DNA of 64,000 bases from Candidatus Doudnabacteria bacterium (GTDB lineage: Bacteria; Patescibacteriota; Doudnabacteria; UBA920). Numbering within the stretch: the first letter of the stretch is position 1; each line of letters starts with the position of its first letter. A program made the translations under genes and the position numbers. The notes below the pieces were generated by a model, which was not told the DNA's origin, made no database searches, and saw only the letters and a program-made list of their open reading frames with translations. This document shows positions 50,528-60,881 of this stretch, one piece after another. The stretch covers positions 74,853 to 138,852 of the forward strand of contig CAWINB010000004.1 in NCBI GenBank assembly GCA_963837465.1. Reading direction: 5' to 3'.

Positions 50528-53389
50528 CTATTTTACTTCAATAATCTTGATTTCCTCATCCGTCAAACCATATAGCTTATAAATTTCCTGGTCGATTTTT
50601 TTGTCAGTTTTGACGATTTCATCTTTGAGCTTTTGCCAATCATTGGAGTTTGCTTGAGTTTTTACTAATGAATGATTGAGTTCAACTATTTTGTCTACCA
50701 AAACGGCAACTTGCTTTTGTTCTGTAGCGCTGGGAACGTAAATAGGAATATTAAGAATCGGTTCTTTGTCGATTTGAAGCATATCACCTTGCATTTTGCC
50801 TTTTCCTCGAAGCCAAAAATAGTTTAGCTTTGAATTTAAAAGCCCAGTTAGGTATTTTAGATTGGAGCGATTTGTACTTATGACAAAATAGGTCTGTGAT
50901 ACAAAACAGGGAAAGTCAACATAAGAAAACCTTGGGATATCGGTTTTGCGTATTGAAAAAACGCTAGGTCCGAGAAATAATTTCTCCTCACGGGCTCAAT
51001 GCAAACCATAAGGTCCAAATGATGAGGTGATAACACTTTTGTATCTGCTAAGATGTTTTTTTATTTCAGGATAACTATCAATTTTTTTTGCAACTTTACT
51101 ATCTGTATAAATTATCCAAAAACTATTTTTGGGGTTAATGTTGTAACGATTTATTTGCTCTGAAGTATAAAAGGGTCTTATAAGCTTTCTCTCTTCTGGG
51201 GATAATTTTAGACTACTAAGCTCATCATTAGATAAAACAAATATCCCTTCCCCTAATACGGCCCCGTGAATTAATGAAAGATGGGGACGAATTACAGACT
51301 CCTGGGGAGCCACAATACCTTGGCCAACTTCTTTATCGGTGAGTTCAAAATTTTTTTTACTTTCTAATTTATCAAAAATTGAGCCGAATTCTTCGTTCGC
51401 AAAAGTAATATTTTTACCAATTAATTTTTGGGGTTCAATTTCGATTTTCTTTTTAGCTGACAAAATATCAGAAACCAATTTACCTTCATCAATATTTTTA
51501 TCTGTAATCCTTAAATATTCTATTGGGTATTTTTAGCGTGGCTCGCCTTTTTTAAAAACGTAAATCATTGTTTGAATGCCAGCATCTTCAAAAACTTTGT
51601 AATCTCCGAAGTCGATAAAAGTAATTAACTCACCTTCATTCAGAATTTTATCTCTAAAAATACTTGCTCCGGCATTAGTCACCCAGTTATTAGGGGCTAT
51701 AAAACTCATCGTGCTGTTATCTTTTAAAAGGTCAATTGACATACAGGCAAACATTGTCCAAATATCCATTTTGCCTTGATAGTAAGGGCTGCTATGTAAA
51801 CCATCAAATGCGCTTTTATTTACAAACTCTTTAATATATGGCGGGTTGCCGATTATACAATCAAAACCGCCCTGTTTAAAGACTTCCGGGAATTGGTCTT
51901 GCCAGTCAAAGGGTTTTTTGGAACGGAACTCGGAGCCGAAGTGTTTTTTTAGTTCTTCATCTGTACCAGAAATTAAGGAATTGCCATTTTTTATGTTATT
52001 ACCAAGATTGGGTAGTTTTATCTGTGAATCGCATACCGCCAAGAGTAGGTTTAAACGCGCAAGTTCAACGGCTTGTTCGTCTAAATCTACGCCATAAATA
52101 TTATTTATTAAAATTTGTACTTTTAAAAATGGCTCGTTCTTAGCCCCAAATTCTTCATATTTTTTTAGGATTTTTTCAAATGCGGCAATTAAAAAAGAAC
52201 CGCTTCCGCAGGCTGGATCTAGGACTTTTATTTTTTGCAAATCATTTATGCTTTTGCACTTATCCAAGACCGGACAGAGAGCATTTTGGACTATATATTC
52301 CACAACAAACCTGGGGGTATAATAAATGCCGTGTTCTTTGCGTTTTCTTTTATCTTTGGCCAGGTCTAAATCCTTGCCGAACAAAGTTTTTTTGGACTGT
52401 TCCAATTTATAGCCCAAATAGTTTTCGTAAACAGCGCCTAAAACATCGGCCGGAATGGCAGAAAAATCATATTCAAAATAGTCTTTATCTCCATACAAAA
52501 TTTCAATTGATTTTTCTGTAGCGCCGCTAAATTCTTCCCATTGCTCAAAAGGGTGAGGGGAGAATAGGTTAGAGTTATAAATATTGTCTAAATAGCGAAA
52601 TTTTTCTACCATGGCCTGATAAGGACTGCTTTGGCCTGATGTACCGCCGGCTTTCCATTGATTAATTAAAGGCCTAAGGGTTTGTGGCTCTATTTTTCTA
52701 TCCTCTGCGACGCGTATAAAAATTAAACGGTCAAGTAATTTTTGCACGCCCTCGTCAATTAAATATGGGGAAACTTTTTGGTTCCAACTTGTAAAGGCCT
52801 CTGTTAAAATCTTGCGGCTGTCGTTTAAATCTTTTGCTAATTTTTCAGTAACAGAAACCTTCTGGAGCTTCTTTCCGACTTTCTCGGCCTCTCTGTCCAA
52901 AACATCTTCAGTAAACGCTTGTTTGGACAACCACCATAATTCTTCAAAGCGAGTTAAATATTCCTGATATGTAAAAGATAGATACTTTTTACCTGCCAAA
53001 GATTTTTCCGGAGAAAGAGCGTTAAACACCATTAATCCTTCAAAATCGCTTAAGGCAGCCCAAGTAACACCCTTATTCCAAGAATAGCGTATGGCCTGCT
53101 TGGCATGATCTTCACGATATAAGTCCACCGAAAACTTTTTAGCTTCCAGATAAAATTTAATTCTGCCATTTAAATAAAAACCGTAATCAACTCTATCCTT
53201 ACTGATTTGCTCCTCGGCTGTTACTTCATTTCTTTGCAAAAAATCCCAGCCTAAAGCTGAAAATAAGGGCTCTATAAAACCCTTTTTTGTTTCTTCTTCA
53301 CTATATTTTGCCAATTTTCCGGCGACTTTTTCTGTCTGGTACTTTTCTACTAACTTAACTATCTGCTTTTTTGCGAGTTCTTTTTCCAT
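50528..53389 (-). pseudogene. Type IIG restriction-modification enzyme (Eco57I/TaqI-like) with two in-frame stops
   Basis: One frame of about 953 codons: VDY...EAK nuclease, DPACGSG, GNPPY, C-terminal TRD; TAA at 51533-51535 and TGA at 50996-50998. Confidence 0.88.
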
Positions 53390-53439
53390 TGTTTGTCTTA
53401 TTAAAATAACACCCTTATAAATTTTTATACATCAAAATA

Positions 53440-53625
53440 AAAAAATCCAACGCTGGTCGGTTGGATTGTTTCTAAAACACAAAGCCCCGCGCCAGCATGA
53501 GCCTTACGGCTCCATGGCCTTTCGACCATGACCCAACGAAGAGTAGCTGAACACGGGGTTCAGTATTTTCGTTGGGTTTTTTCATGCCATGCCCGGGCCC
53601 TTGGGGGGCTGCGGGTTTAGGCATA
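53440..53625 (-). ncRNA. Structured leader/attenuator upstream of the type IIG R-M gene
   Basis: Minus-strand GNRA hairpins catggtc-GAAA-ggccatg and gagcc-GTAA-ggctc inside a ccccgtg..cagc/gctggcgcgggg helix, a competing acccaacgaa/ttcgttgggt helix, and terminator aatccaac..gttggatt plus T-run. Confidence 0.6.
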
Positions 53626-53673
53626 TTAAGTTGTTAGCCTTATTTTAGGGTAATTTTAGGTTTTTTACAAATT

Positions 53674-54201
53674 TTACCCCCTCTGCAGCCGGCTGTATTC
53701 TTCGTTGGCAACTTTGTCCGCGGCTCTGGCCCAAAAACTGCCGCGGCTGTGGTGGAAGTAGGAAACTTTGGCAAAACGCCTTTCCAGTTTTTTAATTTCG
53801 TCAAACAGCGGCTTAATACGCTCCGAGCGCAGGCAATAAATTCCATTGAGTTGCCCCACTACCACCTCGCTATCCATCCAAACCTCCACTTCCCTCCTGC
53901 AAAACCCCGGCGCGCGATCGAGCGCGAAAATAACGGCCGCGTATTCCGCCTGGTCAATTGTAACATCGCCTAAATATTTAGCTCTTTGCTCAACTACTTC
54001 ATCACGACCACCAACCATAACGTAGCCGCAAGCGGATTTGCCCCGCGCCTTATGCTGTGGAATATGCTGTCTGTTTTCCGGCACGCGGCAACAGGCATCG
54101 CAAATAATTTTTAAAAATGGATAGCAAAAATACGCTGCCAATTTCTCGCCAACGGCAATATCCTGCAAATAATAAAAACTGTTTAAGGTAAATTTGGGCA
54201 T
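53674..54201 (-). CDS. Ribonuclease HI-family protein
   Basis: ICDA...QAEYAAVIFAL...MDSEVVVGQLNG...AADKVAN. Confidence 0.8.
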   Translation of the reverse strand: MPKFTLNSFYYLQDIAVGEKLAAYFCYPFLKIICDACCRVPENRQHIPQHKARGKSACGYVMVGGRDEVVEQRAKYLGDVTIDQAEYAAVIFALDRAPGFCRREVEVWMDSEVVVGQLNGIYCLRSERIKPLFDEIKKLERRFAKVSYFHHSRGSFWARAADKVANEEYSRLQRG

Positions 54202-54221
54202 ATTAAAATTAGTATACTTTT

Positions 54222-54250
54222 ATAGTATACTATCGTTCACCTATTGTCCA
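54222..54250 (-). promoter_or_regulatory. Promoter with embedded operator (box copy 4)
   Basis: Minus strand TGGACA-17-TACTAT; GGTGAAC-GATA-GTATACT. Confidence 0.7.
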
Positions 54251-54305
54251 GTGGATAACTTTTTACAGCAGAGATTATAAAAAGTTAATCGTTAAATGTT
54301 AAATG

Positions 54306-57128
54306 TTAAATGTCTAACCTATCCATCTCCCCCCAATTATTCCCGACCTTGGCTTCCACCCGCACGGGAACCGAAAGCTTTATGGCGTTTTCCATTAAGG
54401 GGATGAGTTTTTTGGCCCAAAATTCCACTTTATCTTCTTTAACCTCAAACACCAGTTCATCGTGAACCTGAAGAAGCATCCGGATTTCCTGACTTGTTAC
54501 CAGTAACTTGTCACTAGTCACTTGTTTGTGAATGTTAATCATCGCCACTTTAATAACGTCCGCCGCCAAACTCTGAATGGGAAAATTCACGGCGGCGCGT
54601 TCGGCCGCGGCGCGTATAAAAAATTGCGAGGATTTAATTTCCGGGAACTTGCGGACGCGGCCAAGCTCGTTACGCACAAACCCCTCCTGGTTAACCTGTA
54701 GCTTAACCTGCTCTATATATTGCTCCACGGCCGGGTAGGCTTCAAAATATTTTTTAATAAACTGCTTGGCATCGGCATTGCTGACTTCGCCAATACGCGA
54801 TGAAAGCCCAAACGATGAAAGTCCGTAAAGAATGCCGAAATTAATGGTTTTAGCGTCCCGGCGCATATCTTTGGTTATTTTGTCGGCAGGCACCCCAAAA
54901 ATTTCCATGGCTGTTTGGCTGTGAATATCTTCACCTTTTTTAAACACCTCCATCATCTTTTTATCTTTGGCCAAATGCGCCGCGACGCGCAGTTCAATTT
55001 GCGAATAGTCGATGGACAGCAATTTATAGCCTTTTTCCGCCACAAAAGCCTGCCTTACCTTGCTTCCCATCCCCTCACCTTTAACCGGAATGTTTTGCAG
55101 ATTCGGGTCTACCGAAGACAGCCTGCCCGTTGCCGCGATGGTCTGGTTATAGCTGGTATGGATGCGTCCGGTTTTTTTATTTACCAATTCCGGCAGGGCC
55201 AGCAAATAGGTGGATTGTAATTTGGACAGTTCGCGGTACTGCATAATTTTGGCAATGACCGGATGCTGGCCCAGCATTTTTTCCAGCTCGTCGGCGGCCG
55301 TGGAAAGTCCGCTCTTGTTTTTCTTGTTCATAACAGGCAACAGGCCCATTTTTTCAAACAAGACTTCCTTCATTTGCTTGGGTGAGTTTATATTAAACTC
55401 TTCCCCCGACAGCTTATAAATTTCACTTTCCAGTTCTTTAATGTCTATTTCCGCCTCGGCCGATAACCGGTTTAAAAACTTGGCATCCACCTTAATGCCA
55501 TTTTGTTCCATATTGGCCAAAACTTCTATAAGCGGAATTTCAATTTCGTTAAAAACTTTTTCCAAGCCCTCTTCCTTTAATTTTGGCGCAAATAATTCTT
55601 TGAGCCGCAAAGTCATGTCCACATCTTCACAGCAATACCAGGAAACTTTTGCGGGATCAACTTTATCCATGGTTATTTGCGTTTTGCCTTTGCCGATAAG
55701 CTCCTCTATTGGCTGCATTTGATAACCCAGCTCGTTAAAAGCCAGCGCTTCCAGGTTATGCTGGCGGGTACCGGCGTTTAATAAATACGACGCGATCATA
55801 GTATCAAAATAGAGAGGCGCCAGGTTACAGGTATTGGATTTAAGGGCCTCGAGGTCGAACTTAATGTTGTGGCCGGTTTTTTTTATTTTTTCATCGACCA
55901 GTAATTTTTTTAAGCTATGGGATGCCGATGCCAAAGCCGCGGACACATAATAAGCCTCGCCGGCTTTAGAACAAAGGCCTATGCCCACCAGTTCCGTATC
56001 CACCGATGTCAAACTTGTTGTTTCTGTGTCTATAACAATTTCTTTTTCTCGCGCTAATTTTTTTAAAGCCTTTTCCAGTTTTTCCTGGGTGTCTAAAAAT
56101 ATATAGTCCTGTTTGAATTTCCTATCGGAGACATTTTTTTCCAGTGGAGAGCTATCGTCACTAACCGCTAATCCCTCTTTATCCGCCGAAGCCTTGTCGA
56201 AGGCGGAACCCCTGTCAACTTGTCCCTGCCCCTTCGGCAACTTGCTCAGCAAACTCCTGAACTCCAATTCCTGGAAAAGTTTTACCGTAGTTTGCAAATG
56301 GGGCGCGTCCAAATCGTACTTTGGCACATTTATTTCCACAGGTACACTGCAATCTATTGTGGAAAGTTCAAAAGACATCCGTGCTTCTTTTTCCTGGGCC
56401 TTAAGCAATTCCAAAACCCGCGGCTTTATTTTAGCGCCGGTTTTTTCCGCGGTAATGGCTTCATACAAACCATCAAGTGATTTAAAATCTTTCACCAACT
56501 CGGAGGCGGTTTTTTCGCCAATACCTTTTACGCCCGGGATGTTATCGGACGGGTCGCCCCGCAGGGCTTTATAACTCACCATTTGGTCGGGATTCAAACC
56601 ATAGCGCGCCCTTACGGCCTTGGGGTCATAAACCATGGTATCGCTGATACCTTTGCGCATGGTGTAAATTTTTACGCAAGTCTCTACAAGCTGCAAAGTA
56701 TCCAAATCCCCGGTGACAATAAAAACTTCGCAGTCGTTTTTGCAATGCTCACAAATTTTTTTAGACAGCGTACCCAGCAGATCATCGGCCTCAAATCCTT
56801 CTTTTTCGTAAATAGAAATATTCAACCCGCGCACCACTTCCTTAACCCGGGGGATTTGGTCGTAAAGCTCCTGGTCACTTTTGACCCGGTGCGCCTTATA
56901 CTGGTCATAAGCCAAATGCCTAAAAGTGGGTCCTTTTAAATCAAAAGTACAGGCAATGTGGGTAGGCTTAATATCCTTTATGGCCTTAAGTAATATTAAA
57001 GTAAAACCATATACTGCGTTGGTTTGTTCGCCGCTCTTGGTATTTAAAACCGGGATGGCATGATAACCGCGGTGAATAAGCGCGTTGCCGTCTATGAGCA
57101 TGTAGCGTGATTTTGATGATGTTGGCAT
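54306..57128 (-). CDS. polA: DNA polymerase I (start uncertain, 57152 or 57128)
   Basis: IDGNALIHRGYHA 5' nuclease, DTETT 3'-5' exonuclease, DYSQIELR, KTINFGILYG, QVHDEL. Confidence 0.97.
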   Translation of the reverse strand: MPTSSKSRYMLIDGNALIHRGYHAIPVLNTKSGEQTNAVYGFTLILLKAIKDIKPTHIACTFDLKGPTFRHLAYDQYKAHRVKSDQELYDQIPRVKEVVRGLNISIYEKEGFEADDLLGTLSKKICEHCKNDCEVFIVTGDLDTLQLVETCVKIYTMRKGISDTMVYDPKAVRARYGLNPDQMVSYKALRGDPSDNIPGVKGIGEKTASELVKDFKSLDGLYEAITAEKTGAKIKPRVLELLKAQEKEARMSFELSTIDCSVPVEINVPKYDLDAPHLQTTVKLFQELEFRSLLSKLPKGQGQVDRGSAFDKASADKEGLAVSDDSSPLEKNVSDRKFKQDYIFLDTQEKLEKALKKLAREKEIVIDTETTSLTSVDTELVGIGLCSKAGEAYYVSAALASASHSLKKLLVDEKIKKTGHNIKFDLEALKSNTCNLAPLYFDTMIASYLLNAGTRQHNLEALAFNELGYQMQPIEELIGKGKTQITMDKVDPAKVSWYCCEDVDMTLRLKELFAPKLKEEGLEKVFNEIEIPLIEVLANMEQNGIKVDAKFLNRLSAEAEIDIKELESEIYKLSGEEFNINSPKQMKEVLFEKMGLLPVMNKKNKSGLSTAADELEKMLGQHPVIAKIMQYRELSKLQSTYLLALPELVNKKTGRIHTSYNQTIAATGRLSSVDPNLQNIPVKGEGMGSKVRQAFVAEKGYKLLSIDYSQIELRVAAHLAKDKKMMEVFKKGEDIHSQTAMEIFGVPADKITKDMRRDAKTINFGILYGLSSFGLSSRIGEVSNADAKQFIKKYFEAYPAVEQYIEQVKLQVNQEGFVRNELGRVRKFPEIKSSQFFIRAAAERAAVNFPIQSLAADVIKVAMINIHKQVTSDKLLVTSQEIRMLLQVHDELVFEVKEDKVEFWAKKLIPLMENAIKLSVPVRVEAKVGNNWGEMDRLDI

Positions 57129-57211
57129 AAAGCTATTATAAACCATCGGCACCCTATAAAAAAGGGCGCCCCTTTGCGAGGGGCGCCCTGTTAAATATTT
57201 TTTGGGTTTGG

Positions 57212-58150
57212 CTAATTTTGCTGGCCGGATGGCGGAGGCGGCGGTCTTTGGCCGGGCATTTGCGGCGGAGTGGAGCTGGGAGTGGTGGATGAATTCATTA
57301 TCATATAAGGAAAATGGCCGCGCGGCATATGCATTAAGCCGGGCGGGCTGCTGCTGGCTTGTCCGGCGCCGGAAAGCATAGGAGGCCGGCAGGAAGTTGG
57401 GGAACAGGACACAGCGCCGTTATCTTCTTTTATGCAAAATCCCGGCATAAAAAGTCCTGATGATGTGGAAGAAGCGGTCGTTGTTGAGTTTGGAGATGAA
57501 GGGGGAGTTTGCGGCTGTAAGCAGGGTGTGCCGGAACTGCCGCCTTCGGATCCGCCGGCCTTTTTGGTCTTAAGCGCGAATTCCGCCGCGGCTGTATTGT
57601 TGCCGCTGGCATCTGTTACCCACAAAGTGACGTGGTAAAGCATAGAGGGTTTCAGTATAGAGCCGGTTTGGACAGTGCCGGTAGCGCTGGTTAAGCCGCT
57701 TGCCAGGACATAAGTGCCTATGGTAATGCTGCCTGTGCCGCTTAATCCTCCTGAAACCGAATAAGAGATATTGTAGTTCCAGCGGCCCAAAGTGCTGTCG
57801 TAACTTACGGCCTTGGCGGAAATTTTAGCGGTTGGCACGGCGTTAGTGGCTTCCAGGGATGAATCGTCAACAGTTGTTTGGCTGACAACCGATATGGAAT
57901 CGCCCAAAACCTGGGTTTTGGCCGGCATACGCATAGCAACATAGGGACTCGGGTCGACCGCCGAGCTTACTTCCGGATAAGCCAAAGCGGCCATACTGAC
58001 TGTGGATCCGGCCGCGAACAATACAAAGGCAAAAGCAACGGCCGGGCTCATTGGACTTAAAAAAATTGCCTTGCTCCAGGCCACCAAAGACGATTGCGCC
58101 GCCGGCTGCCCAGGCTTTGTCCAGCCTTTCCTGTAGGTGTATGGGTTCAT
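57212..58150 (-). CDS. Membrane-anchored S/T/P-rich hypothetical protein
   Basis: N-terminal TM segment, beta-rich middle, Pro-rich tail; hairpin terminator 57157-57190. Confidence 0.7.
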   Translation of the reverse strand: MNPYTYRKGWTKPGQPAAQSSLVAWSKAIFLSPMSPAVAFAFVLFAAGSTVSMAALAYPEVSSAVDPSPYVAMRMPAKTQVLGDSISVVSQTTVDDSSLEATNAVPTAKISAKAVSYDSTLGRWNYNISYSVSGGLSGTGSITIGTYVLASGLTSATGTVQTGSILKPSMLYHVTLWVTDASGNNTAAAEFALKTKKAGGSEGGSSGTPCLQPQTPPSSPNSTTTASSTSSGLFMPGFCIKEDNGAVSCSPTSCRPPMLSGAGQASSSPPGLMHMPRGHFPYMIMNSSTTPSSTPPQMPGQRPPPPPSGQQN

Positions 58151-58471
58151 ATTTTTGTTTTCTGATGCAAAAATCTGGGATTTGCCTGATTTTGGACAAA
58201 GCCTGACTCTACTACATCAATAATTAATTTTTATTTTTGTTTCTATATACTCGCGCTAATTTTGGCACGAATATTATTTTTTGGAACTAGTAAATGCATT
58301 ATAGCAGATAATAAGATTTCTGTCAAAACTTTTAAAATATGCAAAATAAAAAACCGCGCCGCACATCATATCCTCAGATACAATGGCGCACGCGGTTCTC
58401 GCAGGCTCTTTGGTACGGTAGCCTACCGCCAACCCACCGCAATGTGCGGAGATCGGAGAGAAGAAATTAGA

Positions 58472-59479
58472 CTAGTGGGGAATGGAGACGTTCGCGCTTG
58501 GAAGACTCGGTAACTCGACGATGCTCTGCGCACTATAGACCACATCATCGTACGCAACCCCTGAAGGCGAAAATACCATAACTCGAAACGTAGTTGGCTG
58601 ACGAACGCTAGACAACGGATACGGAACGCGCTGAGTGAACTGCTGGAGAATGGGCTGACCTACCGGCGCCGCCAAAATTGGCCAGAAGCCTGGGATACCG
58701 ATGCTATTAAAAGCTGCCGTTACATTGTTTCCATTGACCAGCCAAGTAAATGATACTTCCGACTGCGCCAACGTCGATGACACACCGGCGATCAGCTGGA
58801 CATTTGTCGGTTGACCAGGGATATTATAAAGAATAGTACCTGTCGCCGGGGACAAGCTAACGCTAAGCGTAGACGGAACAGTCGCGTAACCCGACGACGG
58901 GAAAAAATCCGTCGAGTCGCCATTTATGTTGGTATATAGGTACAGAGCTACCTGCGCCGGCTGACCTTCATTGCCGATGTCCGCGTTATTGAACGAGAAA
59001 GCGAAGCTGGTCCCGTCGAACTGGAAATCATCAGCGTTTAAACTATTTTGGGTGCCAGGAGTGAGGGTCGCACCGAACTGCGTCACAGAAATCAGCGCGC
59101 TGTATGGATCGAAGCTCCGACTTTGGTTCGAAGGCAACGTAATGGTAAAGTTGCCGTTTACCTTTATGCCGCCGGAGTCAAGCAAGTGAATATAGGCGCC
59201 GGTCCTCAATGGGTCTGTGACTTGAAGCCGGAAAGCCGTTTTTAGGCCATTGCTCTGGGCGCAGAATGATATCAACCTTCCGGGAGGTACGGCCACCGTG
59301 ACCGGACCGGTTGACACTGGTGCTGTTGTACTCTGGGGAGTAATACAAACCGGCATCGGATCTGCGACCTCAAAGATGCCAGCGTCTGCTGCCATGGCTT
59401 TCAGGGGCCGAGTCGTCTGGGCTGTAACGGCGACTGGAAAAAATAGCGCCGCGGAAACGAGAAAGAGAAAACGCGTCAT
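58472..59479 (-). CDS. Secreted beta-rich hypothetical protein
   Basis: Signal peptide MTRFLFLVSAALFFPVAVTA-Q; GGAG SD; TTGACA-17-TACAAT promoter at about 59679-59706. Confidence 0.7.
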   Translation of the reverse strand: MTRFLFLVSAALFFPVAVTAQTTRPLKAMAADAGIFEVADPMPVCITPQSTTAPVSTGPVTVAVPPGRLISFCAQSNGLKTAFRLQVTDPLRTGAYIHLLDSGGIKVNGNFTITLPSNQSRSFDPYSALISVTQFGATLTPGTQNSLNADDFQFDGTSFAFSFNNADIGNEGQPAQVALYLYTNINGDSTDFFPSSGYATVPSTLSVSLSPATGTILYNIPGQPTNVQLIAGVSSTLAQSEVSFTWLVNGNNVTAAFNSIGIPGFWPILAAPVGQPILQQFTQRVPYPLSSVRQPTTFRVMVFSPSGVAYDDVVYSAQSIVELPSLPSANVSIPH

Positions 59480-59988
59480 GTTGTGATACTCCAATCTACT
59501 TTGAGATAACTACATCACCAAGAAGCCCTGCAGGGTAACTCCTTGGGCGGGGACAAAAATGAAACTTTCATTTCTAACTTCGCCCAAGGAATCCAAATTT
59601 TCTTCTCTTAAAATCCTCCTACGGATTTATTTAAAGAACAAAAAAGTAATCGGCACGGTTTGTGCAGATTAACTCAAAATTGTACCTTATTTTAGGGAGT
59701 TTGTCAATATCAAAATTATTAAAACCGCATATTTATGCGGAATTAGAGGATGGAGATTACAAATTTATTGCTGATATACTGATAGGAACACTTATTTTAT
59801 GATATATTTACAATTCTCTTGAATTTAACACCTTCACGACCAAAGTGAACCAACAAGCCAAGTTGGAGGTTTAAGGCTTTTAAATAATTTAAAGTTTGCT
59901 GTATGTGGTTCCTGGAAACGCGTAAATGAGATCAATAGTGTTTTTTGTTTCCATCCGTATATCAGTAACAAATTAGTAATCCCTATCC

Positions 59989-60828
59989 TTATTTAAACTG
60001 TTTGTTATTTTTAAGTACAAAACGCCGGCCGGGCAGGTAATTACTTTTGGATACTACGCTCCTGCCGGTTTCTTTTTCTGTTTCTTTTCTGGCTTTGCCG
60101 GCTACGCTGCCGCCTCTTTGGGCTACTTTTTTGTTGTTTAAAAATGTTGTCGGTTTTTCTATTTGGGAAATTTCGGTTGTGACCCGTTCGCCAAGCATAG
60201 TAAATATAAGCTCCAGGTCGGTCATATGGTCCGCAAATTTTCCTGTTTCAGATCTTTAAGTTTTTTGTATTGGCCCGGAGTCATTCCAAAAGTCGCTTTG
60301 GAAATTTCCGCGGTCAGGATTTCATAGTTTTTTTGTTCGCTCACGCCTCTGTTTTTCCATTCGTCGGTCAGCTCCTCCCTAATGGCAATGCCACGCATTC
60401 GCTTTTCTATCCAACCGTCGGGATAACCTTTAAGTTTATAAAGCATCCCGCGTCCTTTTTGTGGCCAGTTCGGGATCTTCTATTTCCTGCACCCGCTCAT
60501 AGCCAACTTTGGCCAGCCATCGCTTAAACGGCTCGGCCTTGGGAGATGGAATGGACTGGACTATACGAAAAATGCCTTCTGTATTGGCGCAGTCGGTTTC
60601 GCGCATTTTTCCATCCGGGGCTTGTAACTTCAACCATCGACAAATTGTCGATAGTTCAAGGCCGTCTTCCGTTTTAACCCTGACTTTCATTTTATACCAA
60701 TAATCATTGGCGTTTAAGCTGTCAGTAAGAGCCGCGATAACATCCACAACCGAAAACCACCAGTCATTTTGGTGTATGACTTTTCTTATTTCCTTACCTT
60801 TAAACAAGGCGATTGCTGTTGTTTCCAT
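59989..60828 (-). pseudogene. Bro-N domain (antirepressor/DinD-like) protein broken by two frameshifts
   Basis: WWFSVVDVIAALTDS, QSIPSPKAEPFKRWLA; extra G near 60447 and missing G near 60231 relative to a continuous frame. Confidence 0.85.
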
Positions 60829-60852
60829 AATTCTAAAGTTAATCTTTTTATT

Positions 60853-60881
60853 ATAGTAAACAAACGTTCACCTTTTGTCAA
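60853..60881 (-). promoter_or_regulatory. Promoter with embedded operator (box copy 5)
   Basis: Minus strand TTGACA-17-TACTAT; GGTGAAC-GTTT-GTTTACT. Confidence 0.72.

Noticed and set aside
50996-50998. In-frame TGA as evidence for genetic code 25 or stop readthrough
   Set aside because: Other breaks are TAA/TAG or frameshifts, TGA terminates normal genes, and long core genes contain no internal TGA
42872-53389. The reconstructed lipase-like and type IIG frames are both 2862 nt long
   Set aside because: Unrelated sequences; coincidence
6364-54259. DnaA-box-like 9-mers (6364, about 15119, 46086, about 54250) as a replication origin
   Set aside because: Isolated and dispersed, with no cluster, unwinding element or dnaA/dnaN nearby
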